64,000 nt of DNA from a virus (Duplodnaviria; Heunggongvirae; Uroviricota; Caudoviricetes): the IMG/VR virus record IMGVR_UViG_3300049044_000033, positions 64,001 to 128,000 of that record; one strand, 5' to 3'. Below, in pieces: positions 9,454 to 19,562 of the stretch. Below the pieces are notes generated by a model. The model had not been told where the DNA came from and searched no databases. It saw only the letters and a program-made list of their open reading frames with translations. Each line of letters begins with the position of its first letter. Position 1 is the stretch's first letter. The position numbers and the translations under genes are program-made.

Positions 9454-9756
9454 TTAATTGAAATATTTCAACCAAAAGTGAACGTCGCCGCCCTGCTTCA
9501 CACGGTACTTCGTCCCGTCTTCCAGGGTGATCGTCAGCATTTCCTTCTGGGTGAGATAGAAGCCCTCAGGGTTCTCCGAGCCAAAGCGCACTGAAGCATT
9601 ACGAAATTCGTACTGGTCAGCAGCGATCGTGCCGCGCTTTCCGGCGTTCTTACCAAAGGTGATCTCAACTGTAACACCCTTGCCCTGCTTGAGAGCTTCG
9701 ACGAGTCCTTCATGCGTTACAGCATTGAGACGATTCGATGGCTTAACTTCCTGCAT
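9454..9756 (-). CDS. KOW-like motif protein
   Basis: VEITFGKNAGKRGTI. Confidence 0.6.
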   Translation of the reverse strand: MQEVKPSNRLNAVTHEGLVEALKQGKGVTVEITFGKNAGKRGTIAADQYEFRNASVRFGSENPEGFYLTQKEMLTITLEDGTKYRVKQGGDVHFWLKYFN

Positions 9757-9815
9757 GTCGATCTCCGTATTTGCTATGTAGCCAACTTAGCAGAAAACAG
9801 GTGAATGTCAAACAC

Positions 9816-10163
9816 TTAATTGACGGTTGCGCCCAAAAACCGCAAGGTGCGCTGGAATTCTTCAGCCCAGTCTGCCGTCACTGCGCGCTGCTCGCGCATC
9901 ACGAGAACCAGCGTTTCTTGAGCCTGCAAGCGACGAACCCAAGTGCGAGGGATCCGCATACCGGCCTTGATCTTGCCATCGATGCGCTTGATCAAATCAT
10001 AGCAGTCATCAGCGACTTGACGAAGTTCCTGGCTTTCCGGACCAGTATCGACGACCAGCTTGTCGCCCTCTACTTTGTAATGCGGGTAGTTGCGAATGAT
10101 CGCAAAGCACATCTTTGCCTGGTTCAGCATGTAGGGGACATAGGTGCCTTCAAACTGTGCCAT
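9816..10163 (-). CDS. hypothetical protein
   Basis: RBS/promoter module. Confidence 0.75.
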   Translation of the reverse strand: MAQFEGTYVPYMLNQAKMCFAIIRNYPHYKVEGDKLVVDTGPESQELRQVADDCYDLIKRIDGKIKAGMRIPRTWVRRLQAQETLVLVMREQRAVTADWAEEFQRTLRFLGATVN

Positions 10164-10265
10164 CTTTCGATCTCCTTGTTTGCTGTCTACTCACCTGTTT
10201 TAGCACATAGGTGAGCAGCGTCAACCAGTTTTTGGATTATTTCTGCTCGCGATCAATTTCGCTGA
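10155..10265. repeat. ~110-bp near-identical duplicate of 40550-40660
   Basis: Same gene 3' end (SEIDREQK*), promoter, RBS and ATG GCA CAG start. Confidence 0.9.
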
Positions 10266-10455
10266 CGACGCTCTGGCCGTTGATTTCTTCAACTTCGAAG
10301 GTCACGAAGTAGTCGTCACCCTCGACGGTAACCTGGCCTTGGCCTTTGAAGCTGTAGGTTTCGCAATACTTGATTGCTGCGTCTTCATAGCTGTCTGCAT
10401 ACAAGGTTGCATCAGGCTGATCGTAAAAACGAACGATGAAAACTAGCTGGGCCAA
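10237..10455 (-). CDS. small acidic protein, paralog of 40632-40829
   Basis: Both end SEIDREQK; TTG start after RBS. Confidence 0.7.
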   Translation of the reverse strand: MAQLVFIVRFYDQPDATLYADSYEDAAIKYCETYSFKGQGQVTVEGDDYFVTFEVEEINGQSVVSEIDREQK

Positions 10456-10520
10456 AGTCGATCTCCTGTTTGCTTCTGTTATCCACAACATAACAGAATA
10501 GGTGAAGGAGTCAACCTCTT

Positions 10521-10793
10521 TTAGGCTTCCCCGAAGACCTGAGCAAACTTTTCGCCGAGGATTCCATCCTTCTTCAGGGCGCTGATGAGATACAAGCTGA
10601 CCCTGCGTTCGTCACTATCCATGAACTGGACTGCTACTCGGTCGTGAGCATCGTTGGCATGACGGCTAGGAACATTACCGCCGCGACGGCGAACCATCTT
10701 GTAGGCCATGAACGGCTTAAACGTTGATTCGAATTGCTTCGTGCGAGGATTCCAAACTTGACCGTTCTTGCTGTCGATGATCACGTAATCCAT
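10521..10793 (-). CDS. hypothetical protein
   Basis: Start reassigned after RBS module. Confidence 0.7.
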   Translation of the reverse strand: MDYVIIDSKNGQVWNPRTKQFESTFKPFMAYKMVRRRGGNVPSRHANDAHDRVAVQFMDSDERRVSLYLISALKKDGILGEKFAQVFGEA

Positions 10794-10852
10794 TGTCGAT
10801 CTCCTGTTTCTATGCTGCCATGATAGCAAACTGGTTGAAAGAGTCAACCAGT

Positions 10853-11029
10853 TTATTTCTTCACAGGGACCCAGCGGATTTCGTAACGGTCGCGGTCAAT
10901 GCTCTGAAGGAACTTCGCGCCCGCGCTGCTGACTTCATTGAATTTGTTGAAACCAAAGACCTGCTCATCCGTCCAATCTGCCTCAGTCTGTGCGCTAAGA
11001 CGGTGGCGGGTTTGAAGCATCTTCTTCAT
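10853..11029 (-). CDS. hypothetical protein
   Basis: Start reassigned after RBS module. Confidence 0.65.
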   Translation of the reverse strand: MKKMLQTRHRLSAQTEADWTDEQVFGFNKFNEVSSAGAKFLQSIDRDRYEIRWVPVKK

Positions 11030-11092
11030 ATTCGATCTCCTGTTTCTACCTATCCAAGATAGCAGAAACAGGTGAGAAGTCAACTCCAGTTT

Positions 11093-11773
11093 TTAAGACT
11101 TGGGATATTTTTCCCGAAGCATGACATCTACGGCATCCTTGCGACATTGACCCTCATAATCCTTAACATCGCGAGAATCGAAATATTCCTTGCGATCCTC
11201 CTCTGTCATAGAATCGAGCCATGCCTTATGAGCAGCATTGCGGTCTTCGGATTCACGCTTGCGATCAGCAATGACCTGCATCCACTCAGGAAGGCGAACC
11301 TCTGGACCTTTATGAACATGTGCCTCGTAGAGTTCCATGAGAACCTGTCGACTCACATGCTGGGGAGAGATCTTCCTCCAGATTTCATATATCTCATTCT
11401 GGAGACGAGCACGTTCAATCCGTCGCTCTTCTTTGTCGGATATGCGAACTGCTATCGTGGACATTTGATCCTCTAGCACTAAGATGGCTTGAAGATCCTT
11501 ATGGCCTTGAGAGGGAGCCTGAGGGGCTCTGTGACTACTAGGATGCTGTCGGGCTTCCCAGTTGGTCATAGGTGAGAAACTATAAAGGGATCCGTCACCT
11601 CGGATGGCAAACACAACGTTCAAACCATAGTGGTAGAAACGATTTCCCGGCTTGACTTTGGCTCGGAAGACATCCTTGAGGTGCTCGGGCTGTTTGTCCC
11701 AAGCTGGAGGTGGTCCATCGAGCTTGCCGGAGTCGCCGCCCATGAGTTCGAAGAGTTGCTGTGCTGTTTCCAT
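11093..11773 (-). CDS. hypothetical protein
   Basis: Long ORF. Confidence 0.7.
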   Translation of the reverse strand: METAQQLFELMGGDSGKLDGPPPAWDKQPEHLKDVFRAKVKPGNRFYHYGLNVVFAIRGDGSLYSFSPMTNWEARQHPSSHRAPQAPSQGHKDLQAILVLEDQMSTIAVRISDKEERRIERARLQNEIYEIWRKISPQHVSRQVLMELYEAHVHKGPEVRLPEWMQVIADRKRESEDRNAAHKAWLDSMTEEDRKEYFDSRDVKDYEGQCRKDAVDVMLREKYPKS

Positions 11774-11790
11774 AGAGCTGACTTAATACC

Positions 11791-12009
11791 TTATTGTTTC
11801 TCTTTCAACCGCTTTAATTCAAAGTCAATGAGGCGCTTAGACTCAGCAAGGCGTTCAGCATTGGTCCTTGTGTCTGGTTCAAAGTCATTCATCATGAATG
11901 GTTCGAGATAACCAGGGGCTGGACGTTCTCGATAGGTGAACTGATAGACGATCCATCCCATTAGACTGAAGAACAGTATGGTGCCTGTAATCGCTGCGGC
12001 TATCTCCAT
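11791..12009 (-). CDS. single-pass membrane protein
   Basis: N-terminal hydrophobic helix. Confidence 0.65.
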   Translation of the reverse strand: MEIAAAITGTILFFSLMGWIVYQFTYRERPAPGYLEPFMMNDFEPDTRTNAERLAESKRLIDFELKRLKEKQ

Positions 12010-12169
12010 GATATCCTTCTCTATTATAAAAGCTACTTTGGTTTGTAACTAAACTGAACTATACAGAATGCAGGTTGTCTAGATGCACCCCGCCAGCGGG
12101 CTGAACCCAGATAACATGAATTTCGGAATAATTCAATTAAGAAACAACACAAAGGCGCGCTCTACCTCC

Positions 12170-12727
12170 TCAGGAAGGAGATCGAGCAGAGAAAGAGGGT
12201 TCCGCCAACTCGAGCAGGAAGGCCGTTGGATCGAGCAAAGAGGCCGGACGTTCATCCAACCATTCGAAGGTATCACGGGTTCCGTGTTGGTGAAGTTCCA
12301 AATGAAGCATCGACATAGGGCGACCCTTGTTAATCTTCAGAACCTTCTTGACCACGCCCATGAGGTCACCGGCTTTAACTTCTTGACCTACCGTTCTGGC
12401 CGTCAAGATTTCCCCGTAGACGACCACTCCTGATGATCCTTCGACTAAGACAGCTTGTGTATTGTGCCACCAAGGGCTAGGCGGATTGGCCTTCTCACCA
12501 GTGAACCACTGAACTCCTACCACAACACCATCTTCGACGGCGGAAACAGGTGAACCCTCGAAGCAATAGAGGTCAACACCTTCGTGAATGTGATTAGCCC
12601 GCTTAAACGCAAACGCACCAGGGTGAGTATTTCCTGTCGGAATGCCTACCTTACATCCAAGGACTTGGAAATCATCTGAGTTGCTGCTGGGGACAAGTTG
12701 GTAGGGAAGAGGGTTTTTCCATGTCAT
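12170..12727 (-). CDS. M23 family peptidase
   Basis: HEGVD (HxxxD), GSPVSAVEDGVV, GQEVKAGD; MLHLE at the HxH position. Confidence 0.8.
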   Translation of the reverse strand: MTWKNPLPYQLVPSSNSDDFQVLGCKVGIPTGNTHPGAFAFKRANHIHEGVDLYCFEGSPVSAVEDGVVVGVQWFTGEKANPPSPWWHNTQAVLVEGSSGVVVYGEILTARTVGQEVKAGDLMGVVKKVLKINKGRPMSMLHLELHQHGTRDTFEWLDERPASLLDPTAFLLELAEPSFSARSPS

Positions 12728-12733
12728 TTACCC

Positions 12734-12748
12734 TTAATAGCGGGTTAA
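12734..12748. promoter_or_regulatory. CtrA-box match TTAA-N7-TTAA over the -10 of the M23 gene
   Basis: ttaa tagcggg ttaa, 6 nt upstream of the leaderless ATG at 12727. Confidence 0.45.
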
Positions 12749-13113
12749 GACAGGAAATCAATACTCTTTTGTTTCCAGAAGATGATGAAGCGTTCGTTGC
12801 GTTCATTCTGCTTTACCATAAGAGGCGAAGCAAACTGTGGAATCCCTCCAATATCCTTCTCAAGCCATTTGCGCTTGCGATAAAGATCTGCGAGGTCAGG
12901 ATTGAGAACCTGCTCCGCAATGAAGGGAATAGTTGATTCATACTTCTTCAGGAAGCGCCAGTAGGATAGACCATCGCTGCCCGGTAGAGCTGAGCAATTG
13001 GCTAGTTCGATGACGCCGGGAAAGAAGAGGCTCTTCCTCACATAGTAAGAGAGGCCACTATCCTTGATATAAATGTTGCGCTCGTCTGAGGCAATGAATT
13101 CCAGTAGGTCCAC
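12745..13113 (-). CDS. hypothetical protein, possibly degenerate GNAT
   Basis: IELAN..EQVLNPDLADLYRKRKW. Confidence 0.55.
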   Translation of the reverse strand: MDLLEFIASDERNIYIKDSGLSYYVRKSLFFPGVIELANCSALPGSDGLSYWRFLKKYESTIPFIAEQVLNPDLADLYRKRKWLEKDIGGIPQFASPLMVKQNERNERFIIFWKQKSIDFLS

Positions 13114-13162
13114 GTCGATCTCCCTATAGGTTTACAATAAGGGAAATCACGTGCCTTTCAAC

Positions 13163-14047
13163 CTATCTTTTAAGTTTTTCCATCATGAGCTTTTGACTCA
13201 GGATCTCGTCCTTGCTGAACTTTGCCAGCGCGGCATTCTTTATACTACCTTTCGTGGCCGCGATAGAAGCTTTGGCTTGAAGCGACACTTCTCTTTTGGT
13301 AATGAGGTCAGTTCCAACGATAAACCCATGTTGACTGACTTTCTTGAGCTTTAGGAAGAGCAGTTCATCAGATCGAGCAAAGATGAACATATCTCCTACT
13401 GCCAATTCGTTCCCAAACTTATCGATGGGCGTGAACGCTAGTTCGTTTACCTTTGCTCTGCGTTCTTCTTCCTTTTCCTCGGCTGACTTTGATTCAGCGC
13501 GAGTAAACACAAACTTGGTCGGACCCTCATAGTCGAGCAGCACCTCAAGGTTATTGAGATCACTGTAGTTAGTCCTCACAGGCTTGCGACCATCGAATTC
13601 ATAGAGGGCAGAATGGTAACACTGGAACTCAAGCATCTCCAAGAAACCAACCCAGAAGATAGGGCTCCGCCCTCCTCGACTTCCAACAAAGGAAGCTAAG
13701 ATATCGGCTTCCCATCCGATTTTGGCCACTACATTGGGAAAGTCATCAGAAACATAAGAATTGATGATATTCGCTTTGGACTTGATAGCACCTGTGCCAA
13801 TGCCATCAAGAGGCAAAGTGTGAAGGACCAGAGCTTTGCGGTGAACCCTCGCAATACTTCCAGCCCTAGTGCCCTCGTTGATCTTAACGTAGATGGGCTC
13901 GCCGGCTTTGAACCGGGAGACCATTTTTGCCATTGCCTCGATAGCAGGGCGGTTACGTTCAAAGTGGGCTTCGGCTTCTGCCTTCAAGTCAGAGGGATGA
14001 GCTGGCCTCCGGAAAAGAGTTAGATCGCTCGAAGTCTTAATCATCAT
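13163..14047 (-). CDS. KOW/SH3-like paralog family A protein
   Basis: EGTRAGSIAR; DKFGNELAVGD; KLMMEKLKR end. Confidence 0.7.
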   Translation of the reverse strand: MMIKTSSDLTLFRRPAHPSDLKAEAEAHFERNRPAIEAMAKMVSRFKAGEPIYVKINEGTRAGSIARVHRKALVLHTLPLDGIGTGAIKSKANIINSYVSDDFPNVVAKIGWEADILASFVGSRGGRSPIFWVGFLEMLEFQCYHSALYEFDGRKPVRTNYSDLNNLEVLLDYEGPTKFVFTRAESKSAEEKEEERRAKVNELAFTPIDKFGNELAVGDMFIFARSDELLFLKLKKVSQHGFIVGTDLITKREVSLQAKASIAATKGSIKNAALAKFSKDEILSQKLMMEKLKR

Positions 14048-14744
14048 CTTCCCCGTATTCATTTTCCTGTCCACCCTCCGCATAAAGGTAGTTGCGGATT
14101 TCTTCAAGACATTCCTTGAGCGTCCCTACCTTGCGGGCATCGAGAACATTCCAATGCTTTGCTCGGTATTCATCGTAGATGAACCAGCGACCATCTTCGG
14201 TCTTGGCCAGCCTCCAGTTATAGTGTTCGCAAAGTCCACGATCCCTAATATCCAGGACCTTGCAGGCTTTGAGATCAACCTCCTCATCCTTGGAAAGCTT
14301 GATCATAGTAGATTTTTCCACATGACCAGTCTTCACAACGTCGATGACTGAGAGAATAGTAGCTTCCTGGACTGCTAGTTCTGCCTCGCTCCACTTGTGG
14401 TTGGAACGAACTGCGAGAACCCGCTGGTTAGTGTGGATCCAACATGAGCCATAGAAACCAAAACCAGTTCCCTTCCAGTCGCCCTTGTAGGTCTTTTCAT
14501 CCAGCCACTTAGAACCTCGTGAGTTCTCACCGGACGCGATATAGGTTTCGAGGGCTTTCTCGAGGGTCATCTCATTGCGGGATTCAATCTCCAGCTGAAC
14601 CTTCCGGAGACGTTCACGAGCGAGGTTGCGCTTCTTGGCAGCTTCCTCGGCTACTCGATTGAATTCTTCGTAGGAAGCCAAGAGAGCCTTGCTCGATGCT
14701 TCAAGCTGCTCGATGGTCTGCTGGGTAAGCTTCTTGCTGGTCAT
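14037..14744 (-). CDS. hypothetical protein with N-terminal coiled coil
   Basis: RBS/promoter module. Confidence 0.75.
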   Translation of the reverse strand: MTSKKLTQQTIEQLEASSKALLASYEEFNRVAEEAAKKRNLARERLRKVQLEIESRNEMTLEKALETYIASGENSRGSKWLDEKTYKGDWKGTGFGFYGSCWIHTNQRVLAVRSNHKWSEAELAVQEATILSVIDVVKTGHVEKSTMIKLSKDEEVDLKACKVLDIRDRGLCEHYNWRLAKTEDGRWFIYDEYRAKHWNVLDARKVGTLKECLEEIRNYLYAEGGQENEYGEDDD

Positions 14745-14801
14745 TCTCGATCTCCTCTTTGTTGTCCTCTTGATAACATAGAAGAGGTGAATGTCAACAC
14801 C

Positions 14802-15089
14802 TTAATCGTTATAAACAACGAGGCGGGGACCTTCGATCCCTCGACCGAAACCGTCGACTGGTCGGAACTTCCAAGCCACAATATCGCCATGCTCAAACCG
14901 GGTCTTCTCACGCTCGACTTCGTAGAAGCAATAGCGGATGTTTCTCGTCTCGCCGTTGATCATGAAAGCTTCGTAGCGCAACGCCGCCTCAAAATTGAAG
15001 TGGGTAGCAGCCAGATCCGACACAAAGGTCGACAAAGTGTTGGTTGCCTTGTTCCACGTAAATTCGTGAACCGAAATTTCCTGAACCAT
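14802..15089 (-). CDS. hypothetical protein
   Basis: Start reassigned after GGAGG. Confidence 0.65.
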   Translation of the reverse strand: MVQEISVHEFTWNKATNTLSTFVSDLAATHFNFEAALRYEAFMINGETRNIRYCFYEVEREKTRFEHGDIVAWKFRPVDGFGRGIEGPRLVVYND

Positions 15090-15106
15090 ACAACCTCCTG
15101 CGCTGT

Positions 15107-15652
15107 TTACTCCACCAGCTCTAGCACCTTTTTGCGAAGCGTCAACCAGAATCCTGGTTTTTCGGCAATTAACTGGCTGATTGCCTTGAGCCGTTCTCCG
15201 TCGACTTCTTGCCTTTTCCTCCAAGGACTTCTGAGGTTTACTCGGGTTCGAATATGCGTTTCAGTTTCCTGCCAGACTTCCCGCCCTTGCTTGGTCTGAA
15301 GTGCCCGGCTAACTTGGTTATTTTTGTGGAAGCCGGAGCGAACTTCACTATATTGCCACTCGTCCCACAAGTCTACGCAGAACCCCCACAGAGCATCATA
15401 GAGGCCCCTCTCACGCCACTCGGGCATCGTGTAAGCACCGACGATTATGATGTGTTTGTCGGACTTCATAGGGGCATAGAAGACACAAGTGAGCAGCTCG
15501 TCACCTTTGAAAAATGCCGCATAATTGTAGAGGTCAGAACGAGGCCATTTTGACGGCATGTCGTTGGCCTTGAGTTCTTCCATATAGGCATCCCAGACGT
15601 CCAGCATCATGGGATTTTTGCTTATTCGCTCGGTCTTGAATGTAAAGTCCAT
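15107..15652 (-). CDS. GNAT acetyltransferase
   Basis: YTMPEWRERGLYDAL acetyl-CoA motif A; NQVSRALQTKQG. Confidence 0.7.
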   Translation of the reverse strand: MDFTFKTERISKNPMMLDVWDAYMEELKANDMPSKWPRSDLYNYAAFFKGDELLTCVFYAPMKSDKHIIIVGAYTMPEWRERGLYDALWGFCVDLWDEWQYSEVRSGFHKNNQVSRALQTKQGREVWQETETHIRTRVNLRSPWRKRQEVDGERLKAISQLIAEKPGFWLTLRKKVLELVE

Positions 15653-15688
15653 CCGCTGCCGATAAAGCCCACCTACCTTATAGTCAAG

Positions 15689-16069
15689 TTAGGTTATGAT
15701 TTCTACCACAGTCCATTGGCCGATCAATTCAACATCACGGTCGAGATCGACATCAAGGTAGCGGTTAGCAAAGTCCTCAATGTCGCTGTCTTTCTTGAGA
15801 CGGCACTCAATAGCAACGAGGGGAGAGTAGTCACAATTCCCAAGGACTGCTGAATCCGCGGTAGCCCTGACCAAATGCGGGAAGTTGAGGTGCTCGACGA
15901 GCTTGGGGTAGCAATACGCGAAAACCTCAGGGATGACCAGCCCGCGCTCACTTGCTACCTTTTGGTATATTGGCAAAATAAACTTCCACCGGGCAGTAAA
16001 AGCTTGACGGCTTATCAGACTTACGCCGACTGGAATAGCTTGGCTGCTGTAATGGAAACCGTCAATCAT
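15689..16069 (-). CDS. hypothetical protein
   Basis: ATGA-coupled ORF. Confidence 0.65.
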   Translation of the reverse strand: MIDGFHYSSQAIPVGVSLISRQAFTARWKFILPIYQKVASERGLVIPEVFAYCYPKLVEHLNFPHLVRATADSAVLGNCDYSPLVAIECRLKKDSDIEDFANRYLDVDLDRDVELIGQWTVVEIIT

Positions 16070-16319
16070 ACCGAGGTAGCACCATCAACGAAAGCCTTCG
16101 CATACTGGAAGGTGGCTGCGTGACGGGTGACCACGCCCTTGTTGTGCCAACCTGGAGCCAGCTTAACAAGCGCAACACCGCCGCCTACGAACTCGACGCT
16201 CTCGACCTTCGAGCTCTTTTCCAGCTCTTCGTAGTTGTTGGCCATATTTTGATCTCCGCTGTTGCTTTGTTGTCCTCAACTTAGCAGAACTGGTGATAGC
16301 GTCAACCAGTTTTATGATA

Positions 16320-16342
16320 TTGGGGAGGATTTCTCCTCCCCA
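16320..16342 (-). terminator. GC-rich hairpin/terminator
   Basis: tggggagg..cctcccca. Confidence 0.6.
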
Positions 16343-16348
16343 GTAGCA

Positions 16349-16684
16349 TTACAGTCGGGTAACGAGGTCGTCGATTTGGGCTTGTGTGAGGATGCTGAAG
16401 CCCTTCTTGGCTACAGTAACTTCCCTGTCCTCAAGCGACTTGCGGTAGCGGCGCTTTGCTTCCTCGATGGGCACGAGGGTGAGGCCGGACTGCTGGTCAT
16501 TGAGGGACATTGGCATCGGATTTTTATGGCCGGAAAGGGACGCATAAACGCGGGTTCGGCCGACTTTGGAAATTCGGACCCGGCAAGGTTGGTCAGGGAA
16601 ACCTTCGCTGTTGCACTGGCAAGGTGACGACCCTGCGAAGGCAACAAACACATCTCCAACTTTGATATCCTTGATGTCGAGCAC
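16349..16684 (-). CDS. hypothetical protein (SH3-like)
   Basis: DIKVGD..ISKVGRTRVY; GTG after RBS module. Confidence 0.65.
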   Translation of the reverse strand: MLDIKDIKVGDVFVAFAGSSPCQCNSEGFPDQPCRVRISKVGRTRVYASLSGHKNPMPMSLNDQQSGLTLVPIEEAKRRYRKSLEDREVTVAKKGFSILTQAQIDDLVTRL

Positions 16685-16750
16685 GTTTCGATCTCCTCGT
16701 TGCTTCCTACCCATCCACATTAGCAAAAAGGGCGAACGAGTCAACCAGTT

Positions 16751-17029
16751 TTAGAAATGAAATTCACCTATTTGCTGTTTGAGCTGCTGAATGCCCTGAT
16801 TGTTTAGGAACATAAAACGCTTTTGACCCTTCGGAACAGGTTGTCCAAGAGGGATGCTGATACCAAGAAAGCCTTTCCTTTCAAGTGAATCCAGCGTCTT
16901 TACATCCTCGGTATGACCTGCCTTGATTTTAAAGTCCCAGTAATTCTTTGTGGCTTTCATGCTAGTCCCACGGAGGCCGATAATCCGCATTGCGAGCTTG
17001 ACTTCGTCGGCGGTCATAGTTCGTTTCAT
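16751..17029 (-). CDS. hypothetical protein
   Basis: RBS/promoter. Confidence 0.7.
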   Translation of the reverse strand: MKRTMTADEVKLAMRIIGLRGTSMKATKNYWDFKIKAGHTEDVKTLDSLERKGFLGISIPLGQPVPKGQKRFMFLNNQGIQQLKQQIGEFHF

Positions 17030-17087
17030 CAGGATTCTCCCTAACTGTTACACCTGTTCTAGCACAAAGGTGAGTAATGTCAACCGA

Positions 17088-17792
17088 TTAGAAGCGACGA
17101 CTGATACCCAGAATGAGTTCGAGTGCGGGGGTATCTTGGGTCAAACCAATGTTGGCATTCAGATCTAGCTCAGTGTTGCTATCTGCCGTCCAAGTGCCCG
17201 AAACGTCGAATGACACTTGAGTTTGTTCCCGATTGTGTTGCGCAAACAATTCAACGGCTGCTCCAAATGGGCCGACAATCGTTTGGTTTACACCGATGGC
17301 TCCGCTCACTTGACTAAAGGGTAGAGCAAACACCGTAGGACTTATGTAGAGCTGGGTCTCTGAACTAAGATCATAGGTCACTGCTAGCGCAACACCTGCG
17401 CCGAAGAGCTCCTGAGAGATACCCCTAGATCCCGTAGGGATAACGACCATTGGCTGAATAGCAGCGCTCAACTGGCCATCGAGGATGTTGTGGCGAACGT
17501 TGATCTTTAGATCATTCTGACCAATACGAGAACCCTTCCTCACCCAAGGGCTCACTGCGAGTTGGATTTCAGTTGAGCCACTCAGGCCATACCTGACCAC
17601 TGTATCACCGAGCAGCAAAGTTGAATCAGCATCGTCGAACCAATCGGTGATACTGACTTCAACTTGAACGTGACCTGGATCAACGATACAAGGTTGAATG
17701 GCACCTCGGTCGGGACAAAGTGGTTTAAGGGTCTGACCAGCTGCCGGACTGGTCAGAACCCCTAAGAACAAGAGTGAAGGAAGAATCTTCAC
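17088..17792 (-). CDS. outer-membrane beta-barrel (transporter/MetA-pathway-like family)
   Basis: Signal peptide, LCPDR..PCIVDPGHVQVE, amphipathic strands, C-terminal GISRRF. Confidence 0.7.
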   Translation of the reverse strand: MKILPSLLFLGVLTSPAAGQTLKPLCPDRGAIQPCIVDPGHVQVEVSITDWFDDADSTLLLGDTVVRYGLSGSTEIQLAVSPWVRKGSRIGQNDLKINVRHNILDGQLSAAIQPMVVIPTGSRGISQELFGAGVALAVTYDLSSETQLYISPTVFALPFSQVSGAIGVNQTIVGPFGAAVELFAQHNREQTQVSFDVSGTWTADSNTELDLNANIGLTQDTPALELILGISRRF

Positions 17793-17797
17793 TCTCT

Positions 17798-18169
17798 TCA
17801 AAACTCCTTCAACTTGAGGGAAAAATTGCGAGCTTCCTGCTCGGCGGTTCCGATGATCGAAGTGGGCACATCGTAGTAGAAAGCTACCCAATGGCCGCGC
17901 CGGAGAACGTTGATCGTCTTCTCAACTTTGCCCTTATTCTTACCCCGTGTGATAGTCCGGGTCGTGACCTCGACTTTGCGGCGAACTTTGTGGAGGTTGT
18001 AGAGCCGGGCAATTTGGTTACCTCCTTCACCACGGATGAGGTAGTTGCCGCGCCCGTAATTGGTGCGGAAATGCGAAGATGCCCACATACCGCCTCGCAG
18101 CTTTTCGAGCAGCTGGCTCTTCGTAGCAGCTTCCATCTTCTTGGGCTTGAGCTTCATCGTGATCTGCAT
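17798..18169 (-). CDS. basic hypothetical protein
   Basis: RBS/promoter module with 10-bp IR (18191-18222). Confidence 0.75.
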   Translation of the reverse strand: MQITMKLKPKKMEAATKSQLLEKLRGGMWASSHFRTNYGRGNYLIRGEGGNQIARLYNLHKVRRKVEVTTRTITRGKNKGKVEKTINVLRRGHWVAFYYDVPTSIIGTAEQEARNFSLKLKEF

Positions 18170-18234
18170 TTTCGATCTCCCTTTTTGCTTCTATTCACCT
18201 GTTTTAGCAGGTAGGTGAATAGAGTCAACCGCTT

Positions 18235-18645
18235 TTAGATTTCTGACCAAGAATTCTGGTAGTTGCTCTTCAGCTTCCACAACATAGCGCGACCTTTGGC
18301 GCTAATTACCATATTCGTGCCACCCTCGCTGCCTGCAGTGTAGCGATAAACCAGTTCGTCTTCATCGCTCTCGAGGATCATGTAATAGTTGGCAGTATCA
18401 TCCAAGTAAAAGAACCGAACCACCTTGTATTCGCGACCAGTGTAGGTCTTTGCTGCGTTGATAAGTTCATGACCCTTAAAGGTCAGATGTTCAAAACGAG
18501 TAAGCGGATTAGCAACTGGTGCTTCGATGGGCAGATCAATAATCTCCCGACCCTTCGAAGATCCTCGGCCGACCTTGACGCTAATCACACCTTTGTCTTC
18601 GGTGATCTGAACCAAGCCAGTCTTGCTGCTGAAAATCTTGTTCAT
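18235..18645 (-). CDS. hypothetical protein
   Basis: RBS/promoter module. Confidence 0.75.
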   Translation of the reverse strand: MNKIFSSKTGLVQITEDKGVISVKVGRGSSKGREIIDLPIEAPVANPLTRFEHLTFKGHELINAAKTYTGREYKVVRFFYLDDTANYYMILESDEDELVYRYTAGSEGGTNMVISAKGRAMLWKLKSNYQNSWSEI

Positions 18646-18709
18646 ACTCGATCTCCTGTTTGTTTCTATGCCACATAGATAGCAAGAAACAGGAGAACGT
18701 CAACCAGTT

Positions 18710-18898
18710 TTAGAAAAAGATCATCAAAACGATGCAACCAAAACCGAGGAACAACAAAGTCAAGGAAACTTTACCCCAGAAGGCTTCTTCCTTGTATCCA
18801 CTGCCTGGCATGTAACCGCTACCGTGACTAGCAGAAATAAAGGAAACGAGGATAAAAATACCTGCCAAAACTACCAGGATTATTTGTAAATCAGCCAT
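18710..18898 (-). CDS. small two-TM membrane protein
   Basis: Two hydrophobic helices. Confidence 0.65.
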   Translation of the reverse strand: MADLQIILVVLAGIFILVSFISASHGSGYMPGSGYKEEAFWGKVSLTLLFLGFGCIVLMIFF

Positions 18899-19562
18899 TG
18901 GTCAACTTCGCGACTAGAACCTTGTCCTTGATATTATTGTTGTCGAGGACCACAATATCACATGACGACATGTTGGGAGTCATCTTTGTTGACTCGTCGT
19001 CATGACCCTTCCGAGTTTTGATCGGCTTGATCGTGATTGTTCCTGCGGCACTGATCTTCTCGATAATACCAAATCGAGTATCGAGTGAACCCTTCAAACC
19101 ATGTGGGTAAATGACGTGTTGGCCAACTTCCAGCTGAACGCCGAAATGGTCGAAGAGGACTTTGTCTGCCTTCTTCTCAACCGGTTTGGTTTCATAGACG
19201 AAAAGGGTCTCAGTGACATCAAAGCGCAGAATTCCGGGCCACTTGTTGGCACCCCAATATTCTAGTTTGATCTTGACCTTGTTGGGTCGATCATCGAAGA
19301 CGATCTCCCAATTGATCTTAGTGATCTGCATCTTATCACCCAGGCCAGTCTTGACTGGAGCGTAGAGATCCACACAATCCTGAGGTGTAATGTTGAGACG
19401 CCCTATCGAACCCTTCCGGGCACCTTCAGTGAACTCGATGAATATTTGCCCGCCGCCATCGAGGTATCGCTGTATCTGGCGTTCGCGTTGGCGGGCTTTG
19501 CTCTCATAGTCAACCCGACTAGATAGGATGACCCACGGGTTCTTGCCTTGAAATTCCTGCAT
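18891..19562 (-). CDS. KOW/SH3-like paralog family A protein
   Basis: EGARKGSIGR; DHFGVQLEVGQ; KVLVAKLTNG end. Confidence 0.75.
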   Translation of the reverse strand: MQEFQGKNPWVILSSRVDYESKARQRERQIQRYLDGGGQIFIEFTEGARKGSIGRLNITPQDCVDLYAPVKTGLGDKMQITKINWEIVFDDRPNKVKIKLEYWGANKWPGILRFDVTETLFVYETKPVEKKADKVLFDHFGVQLEVGQHVIYPHGLKGSLDTRFGIIEKISAAGTITIKPIKTRKGHDDESTKMTPNMSSCDIVVLDNNNIKDKVLVAKLTNG

